Shown one piece after another: positions 1 through 12,961 of a stretch of DNA of 64,000 bases (position 1 is the stretch's first letter; every line of letters begins with the position of its first letter). Position numbers and translations under genes: made by a program. The DNA lies in contig RBZT01000672.1 of NCBI GenBank assembly GCA_003693705.1, positions 62,001 to 126,000 of the forward strand. The letters run 5' to 3'. The notes under the pieces were generated by a model, which saw only the letters and a list, made by a program, of their open reading frames with translations, had not been told where the DNA came from and searched no databases. This DNA comes from Polymyxa betae A26-41. Lineage: Eukaryota > Protista > Endomyxa: Phytomyxea.

Positions 1-2142
<2,142 letters not shown>

Positions 2143-2211
2143 TAAACTTATGTAAGAATCGTTGCAGTGCTGCCTGTTTGATACCCGAGAATCAGCAACC
2201 GCTTAACTTAT

Positions 2212-3493
2212 TTATTTATGCTTGCATTGAGTGGCCCGTTTCTTGACCTTTTTAGGGATTTTAGTCTTTCGCTTCTCCCGCCTTTCTTCTTTAACGTGTG
2301 CTTTCGCCGCCTTTCTATCAGCACGCACTTGCTCCTTCGAGGGCTTCTCCGGTTCTTCCACCCATCTCCGTTCAGGTTCGTCTTCATCACTGGAAGAAAG
2401 GATTTCTTCAACTTCCAACTCATCCTCACTGGTGCTTTCGAGAACAACCATCCTTTTTAGAGCATCTTTCAAAACAGCCGACTCCGCTATTTCTTTCCGA
2501 GCGTTCAACTTGTCTTGATCCCATAGCTCATCTAGTGATCTCGGCATTGTAGTTTGCTCCCAGACAGCATCTTCTTCCGTTTCTTCTGAATTACCCATCT
2601 GATGAAGAGCATCAATGCGATCTTCAACCGCTTGGGCAGTTTTCAAGGATTCATCAGTCACGAACTGAAATAATATTCTGGGAGAGAAGCAGTCGACTCC
2701 TTTCTTTCTGAAGAAATTTGTGATATTTCTGCAGTCCATGCGAAGAAACTCGAACGCCATGGGATGATCGTGCTCCACAGATTGCGAGACATCGATTATG
2801 TAAGGTTCGCCATTGTGAACCAGAATGTTATATTCGCTGAGATCTGCATGGACTAGTCGGCAATCATGATACATGGCGTGCATGATAGCCATCATTCGTC
2901 GATAAATTTGGGTAACATGTTTCATCGATAAAATGGCATCCTTTAGTCGAGGTGCAGCTTGTTCTCCGGATCCAACAAGCTCCATAACAAGAACGTTTTT
3001 TCGTAATATGATCGGCCTAAGATATACTCAGTAAAAACTACAAAAAGCTCAAAACAACGCCATACTTTGGGCAGGGAACAAAGGCTTTCTGTAACCTGAG
3101 CAAATTTCTGTACTCTTTTTCTGCCCATTGTACGACCATATTGAGATTATTTCCAGGCCGTACTGTACCCCCACGCATACGATGCTCTCCGACGATATAT
3201 CGAGTTCGGTCTTTGAAGACTAAAATGGCGCTCTTATAGATTTTAACAGCAAGTGGCTCTCCATTAGAACCAACACCAGAATAGACGTTTGCTTCTTTTC
3301 CAGTAGCAATACATCCATCAAGCGATTGTAAAATTCCAGCGTTGAACAGGCGGCGGAGCTGTAGCAAAACACGTCGGTCAATACACTGATCTGTGGTAGC
3401 ACGATCCTCTTTGGTTAATCCTAGACCAGATTGCCCACCGAATACAGATACGGAACCATATGCATATTCAGCTTCATCATCACTATATGTCAT
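2212..3493 (-). CDS. RIO1: RIO1 serine/threonine kinase (40S maturation)
   Basis: ATGKEANVY, AVKIYK..FKDR..YIVGE.R, WAEKEYRNL, LVHADLSEY and IIDVSQSVEHDHP motifs, with a Lys-rich C-terminus typical of RIO1. One intron near 3010-3060. Confidence 0.93.
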
Positions 3494-3580
3494 GGCAGCT
3501 ATTGAAATCCAAATGAACCTCTCTCAAGCAAGCTGCATCTGATGACAACGTAAACAAAAAATCTGCGGACTTTCTCGCCC

Positions 3581-3608
3581 AAAACCCTAACCCTAAACCC
3601 TAACCTAG
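3581..3608. repeat. Short interstitial telomere-like repeat (CCCTAA/CCCTAAA units)
   Basis: Sequence aaaaccctaaccctaaaccctaacctag, about 90 nt upstream of the RIO1 ATG. Confidence 0.75.
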
Positions 3609-3868
3609 CCCCTTCAAAAATACTTCTGTCCACCAATAGCAACCCCCCTTTCCAACTCAGCGGTCTCCAACTCCTCAAGATTATCTTAAATTCATCCCAA
3701 GACATGTGAGTAAAAGTCTCTATCCACAACCGAAATGTAAAATATCGCTGCTCGATCAAGCATCCTTCTATCAGACGTAATCAGTGGAAACATAATCCTG
3801 TTCATGTATAATTTATTACGATTCCATACAACTCTTAATAGATACATAGACTAAATCAGGTATATAGC

Positions 3869-5513
3869 TCACAGATCGAAATCAGTCGATGTGGTTGATG
3901 TTACAGATACCAGTAAGGGTCGCCTTAACCCAGCCATAATGTTACCATTATCCTCTTCCTCCTCCTCCTCCTCCTCCTCATCATCATCATTGTCTTCATT
4001 GAATCTAGATCTAATATCCAGTCTCCAATACACCCAGGCTGCTAACATACAGATCGACATCGACATGATCCCGGCACCCAGCGGCAGGCCGATCGTATCG
4101 AACAGCAAACCGGCGACGATCGGCCCCACGATCTCACCGAACCCGACCGACGACACCAGGACGCCCGATAGAGCGTGCTCATAGCCCACGCCGAGATGCT
4201 GGGTTTGGGTCACGAGAATAGGCAAGACCGGGTTCTGAGACATGGCGAATCCGACCATCATGATGGCCAGCGATAAGCATTTCGTAGGGAGATTCTCAGG
4301 GATCAAGCTGGCCATGGTCCCAGCAAATCCAACCAAGCCTAATCCCATAACCAGAGACCCGATGAAGAGGACGACGGCGGCCCAGTTCGGTCGTTTCATA
4401 TTGATCCAGCCGAATACGCCCGAGAACAGACCATAGACGATGCTGTTCATGACGAAGGCGAAGGCCACCTGATCGACCGTGGCTCCGATCCCACTGAAAA
4501 TCGGGTTGATTGCCAGTTCTTGAAGGCCTAAGACCGCCATCCCTAGAGTGTTTAATATCAGAATCGTGATCACATTCGGGCAGCGAATGACGTCTAGCGC
4601 GGAGACGATCTCGACATCGGCATCGTCATCGCCGTTCCGGTCATCATCGTCTTTGTTGGACAAACGCATTAGACTGACCGGGATGATGGACAGCAATGTC
4701 GCCAGACCGATTCCTATCAGCAGAAATCAGGCAGAGCTATGAAGAGGTTAAGATCAGACCTAAGAAAGGCATGCCGAATCCGCCTCGTTTGTATAGAACA
4801 TTGCCTAAGGCAGGCCCTATCAGATAGCCGGTGCTTGCCGAGACCTCCAACATGCCCGATGTCACCGCGATGTGATCGGGGAATAGCTTCAGTATTAATA
4901 GGCTGGAGCCGCAGCTATACGCAGACCCTCCCACGCCTTGGATGAACCGAATAGCGGCGCTGATCACGATGAACTGCCAGCCGCGGAAATGGTTCACAAA
5001 CGCGAACGCTATCGTGCAGACGGTCAGCAGGACGCCGCCAGCGATCGTCGTTAGCTTGGGCGGGACGCGTTTCGTGGCTGATGTAATAATGGGACCGGTG
5101 AAGAACATGGCGATCGAGAACATGGCCAGTATGATCCCGGTGCTGGTCATGGAGACCCCCGATTCATGGGCAAGTTTCGGTACCAATGGCCCAATTAAGC
5201 TATTTGGGAACACCATGAAGCAGTTTAATATGCAGAGCACGAACAGCTGGAAGCGCTGTTTCAGCGGCTTTGGTGCGGCGATGTCTTCCGAGACGTCATC
5301 GCCATTGCCGACTGCTGCAAAATCTGGCAGACGCGGTGACCGTGGCGATACGGATCTGGCAGATGGCGACATGGGCGGCGATGGGAACGGGTGCGCATGG
5401 CGAAAGAAGACGAAGCCTGACCCAGGGTTGTCCCCATCGTGATGCTGATCAGCGGGCGTCCCTCGCAGGTGAAGGCGCGCTGGGACGGCGTCACGGTTAG
5501 CGGCTCCTGTCAT
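3869..5513 (-). CDS. MFS transporter (SLC18B1-like), one intron
   Basis: Multiple hydrophobic helices, RFIQGVGG and GYLIGPALG motifs. An intron at about 4714-4759 joins the two ORFs (MPFLG|IGLATLLSIIP). An acidic D/E tract near the C-terminus comes from (TCC)n/(TCA)n at about 3950-3995. Confidence 0.85.
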
Positions 5514-5810
5514 GTTGACGGTGATCGCCGCATACAGCAGCAGGCCAGACCAACGATCGGAGTGTGATCGACCTGAACGTACTGCCTTACGACTTGTTCG
5601 GATGTCGTCGTTGTGGTGGTTGTTACTGATCAGAAATGTTTAGCAACTAGATAGCGGTGGTTCAGGTTGGACAGTTTCTTGATCTGACAGTCAGTCATTT
5701 TGCAATGCAAAACCGGCTTCTTGGCGACCTGTTTCCTCACAGACCTCCCCCATCTAAATATCGATCTCCAATTTATTCAACCTAATGTTCTGCCTCCAAA
5801 TGTTGCGTAT

Positions 5811-7317
5811 CTATTCGGGGTCAGCGTCGTCTGCGCCAAGTTCGTCTATCTGTTCGTATTGACGATATTCATCGGTAACGTCACGTAGATCATGTTCGGC
5901 CTCTGTGAACTGCATCTCGTCAACGCCTTCGCCCGTGTACCAATGAAGGAACGCCTTCCTCGACAGCATCGTGCTGAACTTTTCCGCGATCCGATCGAAC
6001 AGCGAACAGACCGACGACCCGTTCCCGATCAACGTCGACGATAGTCTTAGACCAGGTTGGGGCACATCACAAACTGTACAACGAACGCATCACCATCAAC
6101 CCACACATTCACTGCGGGGACGTACTGGCCGTCTGTATGCTGCTGGGCATCCAGTCGACAAACAAGTTGGGATTGGTGGCCCTCAGGTTCTGCATGGCTT
6201 TATCGACATCACTGGTCGACACCTGTCCTCGGAACAGCGCCGATGCTGCCAAATATCGGCCCTGACCACCGCCGCACAATGTCCCGCTCGCACTGAACAT
6301 CTGCACACATGTTCAGACGGCGACCTAGAGGGGCGCCAAACACGCAACCTGTTTGGTGATCTCGGCGACGGATTCGCGGCGGAACTGGTGCTGGCCCAGG
6401 GCGAACAATGGTGCTGACCCGACTGTGAAGTAATGCAGTCGCGGAAACGGGCACAGATTAACGCCGATTTTCCTCAAGCCGCTGTTCAGTATGCCCGGAA
6501 ATCGCATTGTTGCCGTCACGCCCGACATCGCCGTCGCCACGATCCGGTTGATGTCTGCGTAGGCCGGCGTCGTCATATGCAGCGATTTCGTGGCAATACC
6601 GTACAGGGCTTCGTTATCAAGCACGAACGTGCTATCACTGAACTGTGACAACGAATGGAATGCCAATGTGGCATTATATGGCTCTACGACAGTATCACTC
6701 ATAAGAGCAGATGGAAATACGACCACATTGCTGAGGATCTCTGTCGGATATTCATCCTGTCTAATAATCAGCACGATCATAGAGGCAGGCATCGCTGAAC
6801 CTGACCTTGATGGATTGAGCAACGAGTCCGCCCAGGCCTGATCCGGTTCCACCGCCCACCGAATGCCACATCTGCAGACCCTGCAACGAGTCGCCGGCTT
6901 CGGCTGACCTTCGGATCGCGTCCAGGATTGGGTCCAGAAGCGTCTCAGCGCTGTGACCTTTGGCCCAATTGTTAGCAGCACTGCCTTCGCCACAGATCTA
7001 CAAACATATGTCAGGTGGTGCCCAGCATGGGCCTGCACGATCCCCACCATGTGGTCTGGGCGGAATAGCGGCCCGAGACGATCGTACTGGATGGTGTCTC
7101 GCATGCTCGGGTCCATATCGACCAGGACACAACGAGGTACAAATCTGCCTGTTGTTGCTTCATTGAAGAATACCTCAATACGATCAAGTTGGGCATCGCT
7201 AGCGCCAACAAACTGGCCGTTGACGTCAACGGCATGCTCGTTGCAGATCGAATCCCAGAATGCCGTCCCCGCCTGATTACCGCATTGACCGATCTGGATC
7301 GTGATGATCTCCCGCAT
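5811..7317 (-). CDS. Highly divergent beta-tubulin (4 introns)
   Basis: MREI start, GQCGNQ, NNWAKGH, GGGTGSG, VVEPYNATL, DNEALY, LRK..VNL.PFPRLH and RKAFLHWYTGEG. Introns at 7047-6998, 6805-6757, 6348-6301 and about 6124-6073. Confidence 0.9.
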
Positions 7318-7895
7318 CGTCGAGAAGCAGTGTTCCCAATGAGCCAGTATGACCCACTCGTCGAACCCATGAGATCGGTTGATGGGCACGCGCCCTCAAA
7401 TTGTCGGCATTGTCGACGCTGTCTGAACTGGGATCGTTGCATTGCTAGAAATCAGTAAACGAAGAATTGGGATGATCAGACATTGATGCTGATGAAAGGC
7501 GTAATAGATGTTTGTTTGAATGAAAATGGCAAATGGATACAATGGTGCTAAAGCGTTTGAATGATTCGTGCTGTATGCACATCACTATCTTTGGCGTATA
7601 AAGAGAAATATTTACATTCCCCCAAGAATATTTATGTGTGGTTATGCAATTAATGCATCAACTGTTAATTGTCCAGGAACACATTTCCGCCTTCTGAAGT
7701 GTCTGTGTTGTGTGTCATGAATTTGTGCATTAATTTGGTGGTTACTGTATAAAGAAGGGAATAAGTCCGTGCGCAGAACATTGGCATCGCCTTGTTGGTG
7801 AAGGCAAGAAGGAAGTTGAGATTTGTGCATAGAGACAGATAGAGAGAGTCTAATAATCGCTGTGTTTGGTGTATCTGTAACCTCTGCCTACAATC

Positions 7896-8672
7896 ATGTC
7901 TATGCCCAAGACTAGTAAGATGTTACAGTTCCTGAACTGGAGAGTTCGGGTTACTATCCAGGATCATCGCTGGCTGGTTGGCACCTTCATTGCCTTCGAT
8001 AAGCACATGAACATCGTCTTGGGCGATACCGAAGAATTCCGTCGTATCGTCCCGAAAGGCGGCAATAAATCCCAGGTCGGGCGTCCATCACCTTCGTCTC
8101 TCCCGCCGCCCTCATCATCCAAACAGGAACGCGAAGAGAAACGGGTTCTCGGTTTCGTCCTGCTTCGCGGCGAGAACGTCGTCTCGCTGATCCCCGAGAC
8201 TCGTCCGGCTCCAAAGAAAGGCGAGGGCGTCGGTATGGCCGGTGCTGGCCCCGGCCCCGGTATGGGTCGTGCTATGGGTCGTGGTCTGCAGGCCCCAATG
8301 GCCCCAATGCCCCCTCATATGATGATGGGGCGGGGGACGATGGCCGCCCCTCCCATCCCCAATTTCGCTGCTGGTGGCCCGGCTGGATACCCGGGGCCAG
8401 CACCGCCCCAGTTCCCGCACCCCATGTTCATGGGTCGGGGTGCCGCTCCTCCTCCGCCCATGGGCGCCTTCCCGCCCGCCTATCCGCCTCAACAGTTCAT
8501 GGTGAGCGACAATCATTGTCTGGTTTTTTGTTTGTTTTTTGAGAGCTATGTTTGATCGGTTTCATTGATTGTTTGATGGGTTCTGATGATCGTCGTGTTG
8601 TAGGGTCGTGGTGGCCCACCGGCTCCACAGCCAGCTGGACGCGGGTTTCCATTTCCACCTAATGCTCAGTAA
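7896..8672 (+). CDS. SNRPB: Small nuclear ribonucleoprotein SmB/B'
   Basis: Sm fold (RVTIQDHR.LVGTFIAFDKHMNIVLGDTEEFR; EEKRVLG.VLLRGENVVSL) and Pro/Gly/RG-rich tail. Introns 8076-8126 and 8502-8603. Confidence 0.93.
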
Positions 8673-8736
8673 TAGATTATGTAATACAGATTATTCGATG
8701 TCGGTTAATCATATCTTTGATGATCTGATCATTAGT

Positions 8737-10152
8737 TCAATGTTGTCGAAACACATCTGCAGCTATCAATGCTTGTAGGCGGCTGTATGCCTGATCCGAA
8801 ATATCGCTGATATTCTGTTTTATGTTAATACACGTCGGGTTCTAATAATTGCTCAAAGGGAATGTGGTATAGCTGAAGATCCTGTTATTTGGCACTGATT
8901 GATGAATGCAATTTCCACAATGAACGTTGTAGTTTGTATATGTGAGCTGGTCAGTATCTGCACGTTATTCATCATGAATAGAGCGATATCATTCCGACCA
9001 AACTGCCCATGGTAACAACCTTTCTTGATTTGTGCATCACTCGAAACTATTCAAATAGGCAATTACTTGATAGAGACCATTCAATATTGAGATCTCCATA
9101 TAGTACTCATTTGTCATTTAAACACATCATCTATTCACATCTCATTCCTTGTATTGTGTCGTATGGCAAGGCAAGATGAAGTCGAAAGCGAACTTTATAT
9201 CGGGTCGTATCTTGATCACTGCTTATATTTGCTATAAGCATGTATCAGAATCCCATTCATTATTCAAGGAAATTGATTATCAGGATTCGGTCAAGTCAGA
9301 TGGATATATTCGATGATATCGATCACCAAACTCGTCAATTTCTGCTAAAATATTTGATGGCGATCCTGTCATCTCCCGTTCAAGGTTCTATTCGTGATCA
9401 ACTTCATTTACCCTACTGAACTCTTATTGTTGATACTGATTCCAGTAATTGACGATAGATCTTGAACTCCTTAACGACATTACGCATCGTGAATCCTCAG
9501 ATTGGTCAAAAGCAATAGCTAATCAAGGAATTCGGGTACGACCTGTCAGCAGATAGTTGTATGGTGTAGTACTGAATGTGACATCGATATTCAGATAGTT
9601 GCTGCAGAATCGCTGTCTGTGAATCCCAACAGAACATCAATTAATGTCAACGACCCCAACTATGGATATAATCTGTATTGAGGTAAATGTCGATGACGAC
9701 CACATCCCGAACAGTTCTTGTGACAGCTCCATATACAGGCGCGAACAAAGTTGCAGATCTTCGTTCGTTTACGTTCAGAAGTGTAATAGCGTTGTTTAAG
9801 TACTCGAATTGATGACCAGCCTGGTTCTGTTAAAGATTGGTTGATCGCACGGACGGTCAGGATCACACATTCATGGGACAATGTTGGACAGATATCTGTC
9901 TGACATTCGCGACCGTTTTCTTTCAGTTTGTCAGAAGCGGGTTTTAACGAGCAGCGATTGTCGTCGCGAATCGCTCAACCTGGTCGATCGTGGTCCAGAA
10001 ACTCGCCTGGCCGCGATGGATCCAAGATTGGCGAATCAGCAAAGCCGAGATAGAAATTACTAAACCGAATGTTGTTGGCATCGAGCGATCAGCTCTCCCA
10101 GCCAATCAATTCTATCCATCTCCGCTGATTGCAATGTTGGCGCCGCCGCCAT
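8737..10152 (-). CDS. Hypothetical intron-rich protein
   Basis: Plausible spliced start MAAAPTLQSAEMDRIDWLGELIARCQQHS|ASFWTTIDQVERF...ICPTLSHECVILTVRAINQ and last exon NISDISDQAYSRLQALIAADVFRQH*. Internal exons unresolved and no recognised family. Confidence 0.4.
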
Positions 10153-10213
10153 GGCGAGCGACGAATGGGCAATATGGCAATTTGAATGTGATGATTTATT
10201 GTTGTGAGATGAT

Positions 10214-10675
10214 TTAGATGATACCGATACGGTTAGCGACATCAAGAGCATCCTGATCAGGACTAAGACGAACATAGGCCTTCTTCTGTCCATCAGGACG
10301 GATCAATGTGTTCACTTTCATAACAGATACTTCATACATAGAGGCAACAGATTCCCGAATCTTCTGCTTGTTAGCGCGAGTATCAACAATGAAGGTGAGC
10401 GTGTTGTTGTCTTCGATCTTCTTCATGGCGCTCTCGGTCGTCAGAGGGAACTTGATGATGGCGAATTTGTCGAGCTTGTCCCGGGACGGCGCCGACTTTA
10501 GCGGGTATTTCGGTGTCCGAGCCAGACGAAGCGTATGAGGGCGTCGGAAGGTGGTGTTGGTGCGGACCTTGACCTCGTTCTTAATATAGGCGCCCTTGGC
10601 AGCAACCTTGGCGGCGACCTTGGCCTTGGCAGCGCCCTTACCCTTGATTCCCTTCGTGACCTTGGACGACGACAT
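10214..10675 (-). CDS. RPL23A: 60S ribosomal protein uL23 (L23a/L25), intronless
   Basis: [64 protein letters not shown]. Confidence 0.97.
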   Translation of the reverse strand: MSSSKVTKGIKGKGAAKAKVAAKVAAKGAYIKNEVKVRTNTTFRRPHTLRLARTPKYPLKSAPSRDKLDKFAIIKFPLTTESAMKKIEDNNTLTFIVDTRANKQKIRESVASMYEVSVMKVNTLIRPDGQKKAYVRLSPDQDALDVANRIGII

Positions 10676-10893
10676 GATAGGACACACGACGATGTAATTG
10701 AGTAAAGAGGTGAGCTCTATGAACTCCGTCGCGGACTCCGTATAATATACGGATCGTCGCTAAAATCATGAAAACATTTCAAACGATTTCGGGCACGAAA
10801 ACTCGCTTCGATTCGTGCTGATGAACAGAACCTGAATGATGATGATATCAAATATAGACTTTGGACAATGTTGATATTGGGTCATACCAGAGC

Positions 10894-10908
10894 TAGGGTT
10901 TAGGGTTT
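10894..10908. promoter_or_regulatory. Telo-box-like element (TAGGGTTT x2) in the divergent RPL23A / IQ-MFI promoter
   Basis: tagggtttagggttt is two overlapping AAACCCTA on the minus strand, about 220 nt upstream of the RPL23A ATG. Regulatory role is inferred. Confidence 0.4.
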
Positions 10909-10994
10909 CTGAATCAGTACTTGATAGATCGTGATGGATCTCATCATCATGAAGCAGTGAGATCAACTGATTCGTCGTGTTCTGCCATCTGATC

Positions 10995-12712
10995 ATGACA
11001 TCATACAATACCACGTTACTGGTCCGATCCAGATGGAAACGGGTACGACCACCGCCGCCGCCGCGGGCGTCATACCCGCCCCCGGGGCCATGATGTGGAC
11101 CCCTCCGCTAATCCACCTTTCAGTATCTGTATGGGACGTTCCCGACCAATACGACGCCGCTCCTGACCCTTTATCTGGCCGTTGTCGATGTCGGTCGCCG
11201 TTCCGTCTCCGTCGCAACTCTGCCAAACTGATCATCGCCTCTGTCACTTCAGATTCAGCGATATTGGCGCGGCTGCCTCGTTCGCCATGGCCGCCGTCCA
11301 CCTCCACCACGATCGCCGCGCCCTCCATCTACCTATGTCAGTCTCGTAGCTCAATACCTACAGGAGACATCCGCCGCTGATCTCGGGTAGTACTGGTCCC
11401 ACCCCATCTCCCCATCCGCCCTCTGCAGCTCTAACAGACCTGATCCAGATCTGATCATGATCATGATGGTCCTGATTATATCAGCTGGATCGCCATTCGT
11501 ATACAGCGATGGTGGAGGCGTCTGCTGGCACGACGCCGTCGTGGCCGCGACCGATTCGTCCTGTTCCAGACGGCGGCCGGCGTCCTGCAGCGACGATGGC
11601 GTCGTCGGCAGCAGGGTCGGGTCGGGACCGCTCCCCGATCGTTGATGATATCGGATCATGAAGTATGGTATAATGGACGATGGTTTGGTATGGAATGGAA
11701 GGCGGCTGTATCTATACAGAGATGGTTTAGATCACGAATACAGAAGAAGGTCTATATATTCTATAGGTACGAATAGATACAGACAGCTCCAATATAATCA
11801 GGCTTAAGATTATTGCTTATTTAGGGATCTCATTCGTAATAAACAAGATCATGATCCTCGGCTCATACTAAGAGCCATCAATCCCATAGAAGCCGGCCTA
11901 TTAGATGCTGCTACAGGATTACATGTTCGTCTCAGGCTGGGCGGGGAACGATTCCCTCCCAGTATCTATTACAAGGTGAGCGCAGGCAGGCGAATCGCAT
12001 CCCTCGAACTGATCTCCGTCTAGATCTTTACACACAGCCCTGTGTCTGATATCGGGGCGTTCGCACCACGTCCATACAAACTCGAACTTGATTGGCGTCT
12101 GAAACGGAAACGAGAGCGTTATCAAGGCGGCGGCGGCGGCGGCCCAGGCCAGCCTGCTGGTCGCTGGTACTCCCGTACAGAGAATAATGAATGGAGAGCT
12201 GTTCAGGATTCGATCGTGAAGGAGGTAGTTGGGGGGGTATCGCTCATTGTATTTCATATTGTCATACTATTTGTGTATGTAGAAATGGATGACGAAGGTT
12301 CATGAAGGATCTCTATCATCTAGTGCATATCATTGGTCACGGATACGCCGTCGATCGGATCTGTTAAAACGTAACAAGATGAGGAAACTCGAATGGCTGC
12401 GTAAGATCTATGGTATGGCAGACGAGCACTCTCATGGAGATAATAAGCTCGGTGCATTCATGGACCAGTTACAATCACTGGACAACGACGACGAGAAGCG
12501 GTATGATGCGCTCCCAAACAAATCACCATCACTGATCGTATTCGCAATTCAGACCATCATTGAAACGATTGAACGAGCTCGAACGTGAAGCCGCCGCCCT
12601 GCTCGATTGGAGCTCGAATCTGGATTTCGAAGCCTATCAGGCATCATGGACATCATTAGCTACAACTTCACCTATCTCTATATCATCCACCTATACGATG
12701 CTCTCCCAATAA
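10995..12712 (+). CDS. IQ-motif protein with C-terminal C11orf65/MFI-like domain (multi-exon)
   Basis: Spliced frame gives IQ motifs IQRYWRGCLVR, IQRWWRRLLAR, LQRRWRRRQQ and IQRWFRSRIQ. These are followed by INPIEAGLLDAATGLHVRLRLGGERFPPSIYYK|IFTH, WYSRTENNEWR, KMRKLEWLRKIY and LLDWSSNLDFEAYQASW, which match the conserved blocks of C11orf65/MFI. The start codon is less certain. Confidence 0.8.
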
Positions 12713-12961
12713 TATAATAAACATCATCGCAATCATCTGTCCAGGCCAGGGCGTACTTCCCCGTCAGGTCTGTGTGAGGGTTGCCTCCACGGACTGCGTA
12801 GCGGATCGCGCCATGTGGCACACGCCCCGCTGTCGAACTGCCCTTTTGAAAAATCTGTCTGTACGTGTGGTGATCTATCTAGAGATTGATCCCTGAAGAT
12901 CAGGCTGCTGCTACGTCCCCTCTGATACAACATATCTGCCTTACCTGGTCCTTGGTCAGAT

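Noticed and set aside
7642-7830. 62-aa minus-strand ORF head-to-head with SmB
   Set aside because: Could be a small gene, but no motif or splice path could be supported.
8502-8603. Longer-than-usual SmB intron as a possible snoRNA host
   Set aside because: No properly ordered C/D boxes with guide and no H/ACA structure seen. It is simply T-rich.
10993-11659. Minus-strand ORFs in the GC-rich 11-kb patch
   Set aside because: The plus-strand spliced frame gives coherent IQ motifs continuous with the MFI-like gene.
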